A stretch of 56,851 nt of DNA from an uncultured Candidatus Saccharibacteria bacterium (lineage in GTDB: Bacteria > Patescibacteriota > Minisyncoccia > UBA9983): NCBI GenBank assembly GCA_964456855.1, contig CAYWCU010000003.1, positions 1-56,851 of the forward strand, given 5' to 3'. The first letter of the stretch is position 1. Each line of letters opens with the position of its first letter. Of the stretch, positions 1 through 8,867 are shown one piece after another. The notes below the pieces were generated by a model. The model saw only the letters and a list, made by a program, of their open reading frames with translations. It did not search any database and was not told the DNA's origin. The position numbers were made by a program, and so were the translations under genes.

Positions 1-51
1 GAATCATCCGTTTCAGGGAGCGTTTCCACGACAACCGCGGGGAGTATTTGA
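1..51 (+). CDS. Possible 3' end of a gene starting outside the window (ESSVSGSVSTTTAGSI*)
   Basis: Open frame from base 1 to TGA at 49-51; too short to identify. Confidence 0.3.
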   Translation, partial: ESSVSGSVSTTTAGSI

Positions 52-122
52 TTTTCCGTTTTGAATTTTAAAATATTGCCCTCCTCTTTTTATTTTGCGG
101 ACTCGGGTGTATAATATATTTT

Positions 123-419
123 ATAGAAAGAAAAAAAACAACAGCCCTTGATGAGCCGGTTGTTTTAACGGAGAGAGACTTTAAAAAGCAAGAAAAAAGA
201 ACGCATGGGTTGGTTGAAATAATAAATCAATTTGTCGCGTTGGTCGATAAATGCTTTAACAAAATCGGAATGGATATTCTCGGCAAAAAAGAGAAAATTC
301 ATCAAACTCGCGCCAAGATAAGGCGCCTCTGAAACAAGCGCAAAGAAATTGAACAAAAAGCGGAAAAGTTTCTGGAATTAAAAAAAGAAGATATGGATGT
401 GTTGATGAATTATTTTTAG
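123..419 (+). pseudogene. Probable pseudogene of a ~98-aa helical hypothetical protein (ATA at the expected start, in-frame TGA at 330-332)
   Basis: 99-codon frame IERKKTTALDEPVVLTERDFKKQ...KIRRL*NKRKEIEQKAEKFLELKKEDMDVLMNYF*; TATAAT at 110-115 lies 7 nt before the ATA. Confidence 0.5.
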
Positions 420-473
420 AATTTTTAAAAGAGTCGTATTTTTAGAAAATAAAATTTAAGAGTTATAAACATT

Positions 474-1466
474 ATGAAAATAGCAATTAACGGCTTCGGT
501 CGCATAGGGAGAATTTTTTTCAGGCAAGCCTACAATCATCCCGGGATTGAGGTGGTTGCCGTCAATGATTTGGCGGATAAAGATGATTTAATCTATTTGT
601 TGCGTCATGACAGCGTGCACGGGAAGTTTGCAATTTCAGACGAAGAGATTGACAAGATTGATTTTTTGCAGGAAAGAGACCCGGCGAATTTGCCGTGGGG
701 CGACAAAGGTGTTGACATTGTCGTTGAATCAACGGGATTTTTCACTTCTTATGAGAAAGCGAAGGCGCATTTGGACGCGGGAGCGAAAAGGGTCGTCATA
801 TCGGCCCCCGCCAAAGACCCTGAGGACAGTGCGGAAAAAGCGGGAATAATGACCCCGAATGTGGGCATTGAGGCCGCAGTAAAGTCAAAAATAACCTCAA
901 ACGCTTCTTGCACGACGAACGCCGTCTCTCCTGTCGTTTCCGTTATGATGAAAAATCCGGGAATCAAAAAAGCGATTCTCAGCACGGTTCACGGCTATAC
1001 CGCCTCCCAGGGCTTGGTTGACAAGCCGGATACCAAAGATTGGCGAAGAGGCAGGGCGGCGGCGCAGAACATTGTTCCTTCAACAACCGGCGCGGCAATA
1101 GCCACGGCAAAGGCGATACCCGAGATGAAAGGTAAATTTGACGGGGTTGCATTGAGAATTCCCGTTATTTCCGGATCCATCATTGATTTCACTTTCTTGG
1201 CGGAACGCCCGACTTCGGTTGAGGAAATAAACGAGATATTCAGAGAGGCGGCGGGAATGCCGGAATGGAAGGGGATACTGAAAGTGGCGGAAGGACCTCT
1301 GGTTTCCACGGATATTCTCGGGGAACCCTACGGATCCATCGTTGACCCGGATTTTACCAAAGTGATTGGCGGAGATTTGGTAAAAATCTTCTCGTGGTAT
1401 GACAATGAATGGGGCTACTGCGCGATGCTTCTCAAACATGTTGAGTTGCTGAAAAATTATCTTTAA
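474..1466 (+). CDS. gap: Type I glyceraldehyde-3-phosphate dehydrogenase
   Basis: INGFGRIGR Rossmann motif, catalytic SNASCTTN, WYDNEWGY. Confidence 0.98.
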   Translation: MKIAINGFGRIGRIFFRQAYNHPGIEVVAVNDLADKDDLIYLLRHDSVHGKFAISDEEIDKIDFLQERDPANLPWGDKGVDIVVESTGFFTSYEKAKAHLDAGAKRVVISAPAKDPEDSAEKAGIMTPNVGIEAAVKSKITSNASCTTNAVSPVVSVMMKNPGIKKAILSTVHGYTASQGLVDKPDTKDWRRGRAAAQNIVPSTTGAAIATAKAIPEMKGKFDGVALRIPVISGSIIDFTFLAERPTSVEEINEIFREAAGMPEWKGILKVAEGPLVSTDILGEPYGSIVDPDFTKVIGGDLVKIFSWYDNEWGYCAMLLKHVELLKNYL

Positions 1467-1504
1467 TATTTTCAGTTTCTGAACAATTTTAATTTTCCAA
1501 ACCA

Positions 1505-1888
1505 ATGAACGTATCGCTCTTTCTAAACTCTGTCTTTTTGGCAATAATCGCTTTCAGTGTCGTGTTTGTTTATCGCGATGCCGAGAAATACGCAAAATCG
1601 GGGGTTAAAATAATAACCCCCGTCCTTTGGGCGTTTTTGACTTTTATTTCCTGGTTTCCTGTTTTCCCTCTGTATTTTTTTTTCAGACATTACAATTACA
1701 AAAGACAATTAAAAGAGCCGGAATTTAAACCGGGAAGAAAATTTTATTTTTTAGTGATTATCATTTTGACACTTTCTTTTTTCGCGAGTGCGGTTTTCTT
1801 TATAGCGATGAAAAGTTGGGAAAGCAAAAAAAATATGGAAATGGACAGGACACTTGTAAGAAACCATAAAGAGAGTCCCATTAGATAA
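1505..1888 (+). CDS. Hypothetical membrane protein (about 3 TM segments)
   Basis: 127-aa ORF with three hydrophobic stretches, co-oriented between gap and rpiB. Confidence 0.7.
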   Translation: MNVSLFLNSVFLAIIAFSVVFVYRDAEKYAKSGVKIITPVLWAFLTFISWFPVFPLYFFFRHYNYKRQLKEPEFKPGRKFYFLVIIILTLSFFASAVFFIAMKSWESKKNMEMDRTLVRNHKESPIR

Positions 1889-1957
1889 TTTTTTTTGAAG
1901 TCCGGTTGTCCCGTTTGAGTATTAAAAATTTAAAATTAGCATTTAAAATTAAAAATT

Positions 1958-2419
1958 ATGTTATATGTTGCTTCCGATCATGCCGGCTTTGAATTAAAGG
2001 AAAAACTGAAAGTTTTTCTTGTTGATTTTGGTTATGAAGTGAAGGACCTCGGCGCTTTTTCGTATGACGAGAAAGACGACTATCCCGATTTTATTTTGCC
2101 GGCGGCGCTCGCGGTGGCGGATAATCCGGAGAAAAATCGCGCGATTATTCTGGGCGGTTCAGGACAAGGGGAGGCGATGGCGGCGAACAGGGTTAAAGGT
2201 GTTCGCGCGGCGGTTTTGTATAAATATGATGAGAATATCATAAAGCTTTCCCGCGAGCACAACGACGCCAATATCCTCTCTTTGGGCGCGCGTTTTCTGG
2301 ATGAAGAAGACGCGAAAAAGGCGGTAAAACTGTGGTTGGAAACGCCCTTTAGCGAAGATGAGAGGCATAAAAGGAGAATAGGCAAGCTGGATAGTTTTCA
2401 TCCGAACGGGCGTGGATAA
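1958..2419 (+). CDS. rpiB: Ribose-5-phosphate isomerase B (RpiB/LacA/LacB family)
   Basis: ASDHAGFELK, DYPD, GGSGQGEAMAANRVKGVRAA, SREHNDANILSLGAR. Confidence 0.95.
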   Translation: MLYVASDHAGFELKEKLKVFLVDFGYEVKDLGAFSYDEKDDYPDFILPAALAVADNPEKNRAIILGGSGQGEAMAANRVKGVRAAVLYKYDENIIKLSREHNDANILSLGARFLDEEDAKKAVKLWLETPFSEDERHKRRIGKLDSFHPNGRG

Positions 2420-2422
2420 TCT

Positions 2423-2632
2423 CTAATTTTTAATTCCTCCCAAATACCTTTTTCTCAGTGTTTCCATATATTGTCTTCTCGCTTCTATGTCCATAGTGAT
2501 GGGTTTGCGCGTTGTCCGGCATAACTTTGCCGACAAGCGGAATTATGCTGATAATTCACGCAAACTACCATATTTTCGGTGTCTTTTTAAATGATTTAAC
2601 CGATGGGCTTACGGTGTCATTTTAGATGATTT
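2423..2632 (-). mobile_element. Probable insertion-sequence left-end remnant: two sub-terminal repeats, a structured leader and a truncated 23-codon transposase start
   Basis: Minus ORF 2494->2423 MDIEARRQYMETLRKRYLGGIKN* resembles, from memory, the N-termini of rve/DDE integrase-like IS transposases; direct repeats at 2577-2597 and 2612-2632 match at 19/21 nt. Confidence 0.45.
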
Positions 2633-2644
2633 GATGCGCCGGTA

Positions 2645-2673
2645 TTGCCAATATTTAAATTTTGATATATACT
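2645..2673 (+). promoter_or_regulatory. sigma70-type promoter of rplY
   Basis: TTGCCA-17 nt-TATACT, 7 nt before ATG 2681. Confidence 0.65.
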
Positions 2674-2680
2674 AACAAAC

Positions 2681-3331
2681 ATGCAATTAAGAGCAGAAGA
2701 AAGAAAAATTTTTGGAAAAAAATTGAAACTGTCCAGAAAAGAGGGGAAACTCCCGGCTATTCTGTATGGCGCGAAAGCAGGGAACAGACCTTTGTTCGTG
2801 AATTTGAAAGATTTTACTAAGACATGGAAAGAAGTGGGAGAGTCAACAATCGTTGATTTGAAAGAGGGCGAGAAAAAGTTCAATGTTCTCATTCACGAAG
2901 TTGAAATTGACCCGATTAAAAATGAACCGATTCATGTTGATTTTTTGGCGGTGCGAATGGATGAATTGATTTCGGCGCCCACCCCGTTGGTTTTTGAGGG
3001 AGAAGCTCCGGCCGTAAAATCTTTGGGTGGCGTTCTCGTTAAAGTTATGCACGAAGTTGAGGTTGAGGCTCTTCCGGCCGACCTGCCCCATGAATTGAAA
3101 GTTGATATATCAAAGCTGGGGACATTTGAAGATAGAATCACATTGGGCGATGTTATCCTTCCAAAAGGGGTAAGCATTGCCGCCGGACACGATGAAGTTA
3201 TCGCTTTGGTTGAACCTCCGCGAGAAGAGGAAGGTGAAGGGGAGGCAGTTTCAACCATTGAAGATATTGAAGTGGAAAAGAAAGGAAAGCAGCCGGATGA
3301 AGAGGCTGCGGAGGGTGGGACGAAAGAATAA
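2681..3331 (+). CDS. rplY: 50S ribosomal protein L25 (CTC form, acidic tail)
   Basis: R-x-GKLPAILYG, PIHVDF, GGVLVKVMHEVEVEALPADLP, acidic C-terminus. Confidence 0.95.
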   Translation: MQLRAEERKIFGKKLKLSRKEGKLPAILYGAKAGNRPLFVNLKDFTKTWKEVGESTIVDLKEGEKKFNVLIHEVEIDPIKNEPIHVDFLAVRMDELISAPTPLVFEGEAPAVKSLGGVLVKVMHEVEVEALPADLPHELKVDISKLGTFEDRITLGDVILPKGVSIAAGHDEVIALVEPPREEEGEGEAVSTIEDIEVEKKGKQPDEEAAEGGTKE

Positions 3332-3351
3332 CCCATTTTCAATCTCGGAGT

Positions 3352-4824
3352 TTGATTTCCCAAATGTTTAGGTTTTTAAACATTGAAAAATTAGGACATT
3401 ACTCGCGAAAACGCAAAATTAAGAATTATCAAGTCTTAAAGTGGTTTTTTGTCGCCTTTCTTATTGTTTTCTTTCTTTTCGGACGCGGTTTTTTAAGCGC
3501 TCCCAAAGTTGCTCGGGCTCAAACAGAATGCGGTTCGCAAGAAGAATGCGAGTTGGAGTTGAGAAAAATAGAGAAGCAGATGGATGAATTATCCGGGAAA
3601 ATAAGCGGATATGTGATGATGTCATCAACTCTTGAAAGAGACCTTTCAATTCTTGACGCTAAAAAAGAAAAAGTTCAGCTTGGTATTCGCGCGAGAAATT
3701 TAAGCATTCAGAGACTGTCGCGGGGTATTGTCGGCAGGTCCGAGACGATAGACGGGCTTATGGATAAAATAGAGAAGCAGAAAATGTCACTGGGGGAGTT
3801 GATAAGAAAGACAAACGAATTGGATTCCGCCTCTTTGGCAGAGATTATCCTCGGGTATGAAAAAATATCCGATTTTTTCGTTAACACCGATTCCTTTGAG
3901 TCAATTCACAGGGCAATGCAGATATCTTTCAGAAAAATAACGGATTCAAAACAAAAAACAGAGGAAGAAAAAAGCGCCCTTGAAAACCAAAAATTGGAAG
4001 AACTGCAGTTAAGGGCGATACAAAGCCTTGAAAAAAAGAATTTGGAGAATGTGGAGGGAAAAAAGAAAAGTATTTTAAAAATCACCAAAGGAAAGGAGGT
4101 GGCTTATCAAAAGTTACTGGTAAAAACGAAAAAAACCGCGGCTGAAATACGAAGCAGAATATTTCGCCTCTTCGGCGGAGGGGAGTTGTCCTTCGGGGCG
4201 GCGGTCAAAATAGCTCAAATCGCGGAAAAAGCGAGCGGAATGCGCGCCGCCTTTATTCTTGCCATTTTGGCGCAGGAATCGGCGATTGACGGCGTTATCG
4301 GTCGTAATCTGGGAAGGTGTTTTTATAATAAACCCAGCCGAAACAAAAGCGGAACCGTGATGAGCAACAGGCAAAAACCTTCCTTTTTGGCGATAATGAA
4401 AGAACTCGGGCGCGACCCGAATTCAACGTATGTTTCTTGCCCGATTGTGTCCGACGGGTCTTATGGAGGGGCGATGGGTCCGGCGCAATTTATGCCGACG
4501 ACATGGTGGGACATCAAAGCGCAAACTGGGTATAAAAGACGCATCTCAAAGATAACAGGGCATAATCCGCCTTCTCCTTTTAATAATTCCGATGCCTTCG
4601 TGGGAACATCCCTCTATTTGAAGGACGCCTATAATTCAAGATCGTGCCGCAATTACGCTGAAAAAAACAAACACATTTCTCCTAAACGAGTTCTTCAAGA
4701 GCGATGCGCGGCCGCTAAATATTACGCCGGAGGAAATTGGTATTCTTTCCGTTGGGCATATGGAGAGCCGGTGGTTGAGCGCGCCAGAAAATACCAGAAG
4801 GATATAGACACCTTAAGCAGGTAA
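3352..4824 (+). CDS. Coiled-coil protein with C-terminal lytic murein transglycosylase domain (start uncertain)
   Basis: N-terminal TM segment, long coiled coil, ILAQES catalytic Glu, GAMGPAQFMPTTW motif. Confidence 0.85.
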   Translation: MISQMFRFLNIEKLGHYSRKRKIKNYQVLKWFFVAFLIVFFLFGRGFLSAPKVARAQTECGSQEECELELRKIEKQMDELSGKISGYVMMSSTLERDLSILDAKKEKVQLGIRARNLSIQRLSRGIVGRSETIDGLMDKIEKQKMSLGELIRKTNELDSASLAEIILGYEKISDFFVNTDSFESIHRAMQISFRKITDSKQKTEEEKSALENQKLEELQLRAIQSLEKKNLENVEGKKKSILKITKGKEVAYQKLLVKTKKTAAEIRSRIFRLFGGGELSFGAAVKIAQIAEKASGMRAAFILAILAQESAIDGVIGRNLGRCFYNKPSRNKSGTVMSNRQKPSFLAIMKELGRDPNSTYVSCPIVSDGSYGGAMGPAQFMPTTWWDIKAQTGYKRRISKITGHNPPSPFNNSDAFVGTSLYLKDAYNSRSCRNYAEKNKHISPKRVLQERCAAAKYYAGGNWYSFRWAYGEPVVERARKYQKDIDTLSR

Positions 4825-4893
4825 TTTTATAATTTTCAATTTCCAATTTTCAAACAGTTTTAAGATTTGAAAATTTGATTCAGAAAGAATTTC

Positions 4894-5625
4894 TTAATTG
4901 TTGATTTGAGAAATTTTTTTGATGACTTGTTCCAGGTCTCCCGCCATTATTTTATCAATATTGTGCCACGATTTTTTTATTCGGTGATCGGTAATTCTGT
5001 TTTGAGGGAAATTATAAGTCCTGATTTTCTCTGATCTGTCTTGTGTGCCGATTTGATCCCTTCGCTCTTTCGCAATTTCACCGGCTTTTTGTTTTCTCGC
5101 CATTTCGCCTATTTTGGCGCTTAAAATACTCAATGCTTTTTCTCTATTTTTTTGTTGAGATCGTTGCTGTTCGGAACGCACCACCACTCCGGTCGGTTTG
5201 TGCAGTATTCTTACTGCCGTTTCAACTTTGTTGACATTTTGTCCGCCGGCTCCTCCGGAGCGGGAAAAAGTTATTTCAAGGTCGTCCGGTCTGATTTCTA
5301 TTTTTTCTTCCAGATTCTCGGCGAGGACGGCGACGGACGCGGTTGAAGTGTGAACTCTTCCAGATTTTTCCGTTGTCGGAATTCTTTGAACCCTGTGAAC
5401 TCCACTTTCGTTTTTCAATTTTTCATACACGCCTTCGCCTTTTATTTCAAAAACAACTTCCTTGTATCCTCCCGCTTCGCTTTTTGATTCGCTTATAAGA
5501 CTAGTCTTCCAATTTTGTTTCGTAGCGTATTTCGTGTACATCTCAAAAAGATCCATGGCAAAAAGGGAAGCTTCTCTGCCTCCCGCTCCAGCACGTATTT
5601 CCATAATAATGGTTTTAGGTTCCAT
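4894..5625 (-). CDS. prfA: Peptide chain release factor 1, lacking the N-terminal domain
   Basis: [11 protein letters not shown], PxT motif (RIPTTE), GGQ in [32 protein letters not shown]; downstream of rpmE. TTG at 5634 is an alternative start. Confidence 0.93.
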   Translation of the reverse strand: MEPKTIIMEIRAGAGGREASLFAMDLFEMYTKYATKQNWKTSLISESKSEAGGYKEVVFEIKGEGVYEKLKNESGVHRVQRIPTTEKSGRVHTSTASVAVLAENLEEKIEIRPDDLEITFSRSGGAGGQNVNKVETAVRILHKPTGVVVRSEQQRSQQKNREKALSILSAKIGEMARKQKAGEIAKERRDQIGTQDRSEKIRTYNFPQNRITDHRIKKSWHNIDKIMAGDLEQVIKKISQINN

Positions 5626-5711
5626 AATGCTCAAAAATCAAAAATTCCGATAGTGAAACCGGAAACAAATTCAAAGCCTTTAACAGTTGGTCTCCGTTTC
5701 GGTATCCGAAT

Positions 5712-5921
5712 TTATTTCCCGGCTTTTTTGCGGCGAGCCTTGAATTTTTCCACTCTTCCGGCGGTGTCTATCACTTTTTTCTTTCCCGTGAAGAAGGGGT
5801 GACAGGCGCTACAAATTTCCACCTCGGTTTTTTCTTTGGTGGATCCGGCTTTTATTTCGTTTCCGCAGGCACATTTTATAACCGCGCCACTATGGTATTT
5901 GGGATGTGTATCCGTTTTCAT
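5712..5921 (-). CDS. rpmE: 50S ribosomal protein L31 (Zn-binding form)
   Basis: [29 protein letters not shown]. Confidence 0.97.
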   Translation of the reverse strand: MKTDTHPKYHSGAVIKCACGNEIKAGSTKEKTEVEICSACHPFFTGKKKVIDTAGRVEKFKARRKKAGK

Positions 5922-6012
5922 ATTGCGTATAATATCATTAAGCTTTTAATTTTGCAACTTTTTATGCCGAAGCGTGCTCATAAATTAAAAACCTTGAAGC
6001 GGAAAAATAAAG

Positions 6013-6021
6013 TTATCCACA
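6013..6021 (+). promoter_or_regulatory. Perfect DnaA-box sequence in the divergent rpmE / surface-protein spacer
   Basis: TTATCCACA. Confidence 0.4.
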
Positions 6022-6064
6022 TTGTCACTTCAAACTTTGAGGTTTTTATAATATAATTAAGACA

Positions 6065-7264
6065 ATGAAAACGAATATAAAAGTACTGATTTTTTCTTTA
6101 TTTATTTTGGTTGCGAGCGCTTTTGTTCCGGCACAACCTATGGTTATGGCGGCCTCGCAGCAGGTTTTGGGTTGGGCATGGTCCGAAAATATCGGCTGGC
6201 TTCAATTTGAGCCGGTATTCGGCGGTGTTTTTGCTGACGATACGACAGGTAATCTTTCCGGATACGCTTGGTCAGAAAATGTCGGTTGGGTCAGTTTTGA
6301 ACCGTCCGATTTGGCGGGCTGTCCGTCCGGAAATTGTGTCGCTAATCTGGATATGACAACCGGCGCTTTGAGTGGGTGGATGAAGGCGATTTCCGCAAAT
6401 AATCCCAATTGGGGCGGTTGGATAAGTTTGAGGGGTGTCAGTCCGGATTACGGAGTTGATATGAGCACGGACACCGGCGATTTTTCCGGTTGGGCATGGG
6501 GCTCGGATGTAGTGGGCTGGCTTTCTTTTAGCGGAGTTGCGGACAGTGGCGACGCGTATAAAGTTTATTGTCCTGGATGTGTCGGTCTTCCGACCGGTCC
6601 GAGTCTCGCCGTCTCTTTATCAGCCAATCCTTCTTCAGGACCGGCTCCTTTATCCTCTACGCTTACCGCCACTGTGACGGGAGCCGCCACGGGGGACATT
6701 CTCTATAAATTTGACTGTCAAAATGACGGGACATATGAGTATAGTTTTACCAGTTCAAATGTGATAGAAAGCAGGTCTTGCGATTATGCGGTAGACGGTT
6801 CTTACACAGCCAAGGTTTATGCGGAAAGAGAAGGATTGAATGACAGCGCGCTCGTTTCTATTTCCGTCGGAAGCGGAAAAACTTCTCCTTACTACGACCT
6901 TTCTCTTACAGGAGTTCTTTACGCCACAATAATTAAAAACTCTGGTCCTGTTAACTCCAACGGAACGGCGTCAATTACCGTTCAAGCGAGTAATTTCTCG
7001 GGAGCTGTCAAATTGACCTCAAACATAGATTCCATCTCTGAGCTAGCGGGAGCCTCAGTTGTTTTCAGCGACAACCTTTTAAGCCCCACCGCCACGGGAT
7101 ATGAATCGTCTGGAATCACCATACAAAATATACCGGAAACGACACCAGCGGGACTGTATGACATTACTATTTACGGCAACGATGTCGGATCGGCATTGGG
7201 GGAGAGGAGCGCTACGCTTCGGTTGAACATTGAATCTCTTTCTCCAAAATGGAAAGAATTCTAA
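6065..7264 (+). CDS. Secreted protein with GW/YAWS-x-GW repeats, a PKD-like domain and a C-terminal Ig-like region
   Basis: Signal peptide; GWAWSENIGWL, GYAWSENVGWV and GWAWGSDVVGWL repeats; LSANPSSGPAPLSSTLTA...YKFDCQNDG PKD-like segment. Confidence 0.75.
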   Translation: MKTNIKVLIFSLFILVASAFVPAQPMVMAASQQVLGWAWSENIGWLQFEPVFGGVFADDTTGNLSGYAWSENVGWVSFEPSDLAGCPSGNCVANLDMTTGALSGWMKAISANNPNWGGWISLRGVSPDYGVDMSTDTGDFSGWAWGSDVVGWLSFSGVADSGDAYKVYCPGCVGLPTGPSLAVSLSANPSSGPAPLSSTLTATVTGAATGDILYKFDCQNDGTYEYSFTSSNVIESRSCDYAVDGSYTAKVYAEREGLNDSALVSISVGSGKTSPYYDLSLTGVLYATIIKNSGPVNSNGTASITVQASNFSGAVKLTSNIDSISELAGASVVFSDNLLSPTATGYESSGITIQNIPETTPAGLYDITIYGNDVGSALGERSATLRLNIESLSPKWKEF

Positions 7265-7429
7265 GACGAAGATTATTTTTCCGCCTTGCCGAATAAAAAA
7301 ACAGACTGATTCGCCCGACTCTCTTAATTAGGGAGTGAGTGAGATTGATTTTTACCCCACTTTTTGAGATATAAGCTTTAAGGGTTAGGGGGTTGATTTT
7401 AAAAAAAGAGTTTGCTAAACTTCTAAACA

Positions 7430-8245
7430 ATGACTAATTTAAATTTAAGCGATAATTCGCTTCAACAAAATGAAGCGGTTGGAGGGTCGGGTTTTATTGA
7501 AGAAATGTTTAAGGCAGGAGTTCATTTTGGCTATTCTCGTTCTTCAAGAAATCCAAAGATGAAAAATTTCATTTTCTGGCTGAGAAACAATGTTGAGCTT
7601 TTTAATCTTGAGAAGACAAAAGAAAAACTTGATGAAGCGAAAGATTTTCTCAGGGCTCTCGGGTCGGAGAAAAAAACAATCCTTTTTGTCGGGACAAAAG
7701 CCGTAGCGGCTGAGATATTGAAAAAATACTCCGGAGAGATTGGTATGCCTTATGTTACGGAACGATGGATTGGGGGAACATTGACGAATTTTAACGAAAT
7801 CAAAAAAAGACGAGACCATATGGAAGATTTGACCCAAAAAAAGGAATCCGGAGAGTTGGCAAAATATACAAAAAAAGAACAATTGCAGGTTAAAAAGAAA
7901 ATAGCCCGTTTGAGCCTCTTTTTTTCAGGGTTATTGAATTTAAGAAAATTGCCATCCGCCTTAATCGTTGTAGACACCAAAGAAGAAAAGAACGCCGTGG
8001 CGGAAGCGAAAAAAATAGGAATTCCGATAGTCGGCATTATGAACAGCGATTGCAACCCTGAGGACGCCGGCTATGCCATTCCGGCGAATGATAATTCTAA
8101 ATCAAGCATTGAATTTTTATTAAAAGAATTAACCGAAGCCTACAAAAAAGGTTTAAGTGAAGCGGAGAAAAAAGCCGTTGAAGCGGAGAAGGTAACTGAA
8201 GAAGAAAAGAAGAAAGAAGAAGCCGCAAAGGATGGCGACAAATAA
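7430..8245 (+). CDS. rpsB: 30S ribosomal protein S2
   Basis: AGVHFGY, ILFVGTK, RWIGGTLTNF, IPANDNS; upstream of tsf. Confidence 0.97.
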   Translation: MTNLNLSDNSLQQNEAVGGSGFIEEMFKAGVHFGYSRSSRNPKMKNFIFWLRNNVELFNLEKTKEKLDEAKDFLRALGSEKKTILFVGTKAVAAEILKKYSGEIGMPYVTERWIGGTLTNFNEIKKRRDHMEDLTQKKESGELAKYTKKEQLQVKKKIARLSLFFSGLLNLRKLPSALIVVDTKEEKNAVAEAKKIGIPIVGIMNSDCNPEDAGYAIPANDNSKSSIEFLLKELTEAYKKGLSEAEKKAVEAEKVTEEEKKKEEAAKDGDK

Positions 8246-8279
8246 CTTAAAATTGTTTTTGTAAGCTTACTTATTGAAT

Positions 8280-8861
8280 ATGTTGGATAAAATAAAAGAA
8301 TTGCGCGAAAAAACCGATGTTTCGGTAATGGTCTGTCAAAAAGCCTTGGAAGAAGCCGAGGGAGATATGGAAAAAGCGATGCAGATTTTACGCAAAGAGG
8401 GGGTTAAGGTCGCTGAAAAGAAATCTTCGCGTTCCTTGAACGCTGGCATTGTTGAGGCATATATTCATTCCACGAAACAAGTGGGAGTGTTGCTTGAAAT
8501 CAGGTGCGAAACGGATTTTGTTTCCAAAAATGAAGGTTTCCAAAGATTTGCTCACGACATAGCGATGCACATCGCCGCTGCGGATCCCCTTTATGTTTCT
8601 CCCGAAGATGTTCCCGAAAGTTCAAAAGAAGAGATTAAAAAAATATTTGAAGAAGAAATTTCCAAAATTGACAAACCCCTGGAGATAAAAGAAAAAATAT
8701 TGGAAGGGAAAATGGGAACCTATATCAAAGAAAGAACTCTTTTGGAACAGTCCTATGTCAAAAACCAAGACATTACGGTTGGCGATTTTATCAGAGAAGG
8801 CGTGCAAAAATTCGGAGAGAATATCAGTGTGGCGCACTTCTCCCGTTACAGTATTTCTTAA
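8280..8861 (+). CDS. tsf: Elongation factor Ts (short form)
   Basis: IKELREKT, CETDFV, DIAMHIAA, LLEQSYVK. TTG at 8274 is an alternative start. Confidence 0.96.
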   Translation: MLDKIKELREKTDVSVMVCQKALEEAEGDMEKAMQILRKEGVKVAEKKSSRSLNAGIVEAYIHSTKQVGVLLEIRCETDFVSKNEGFQRFAHDIAMHIAAADPLYVSPEDVPESSKEEIKKIFEEEISKIDKPLEIKEKILEGKMGTYIKERTLLEQSYVKNQDITVGDFIREGVQKFGENISVAHFSRYSIS

Positions 8862-8867
8862 GCTTTT

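Noticed and set aside
330-332. Possible UGA recoding (genetic code 25 or 4)
   Set aside because: TGA terminates well-defined genes here (yvcK-like, DpnI-like, P-type ATPase) and no conserved gene needs readthrough.
165-356. 63-aa minus-strand ORF in the track
   Set aside because: It is the antisense shadow of the better-supported plus-strand pseudogene frame; no motif or promoter.
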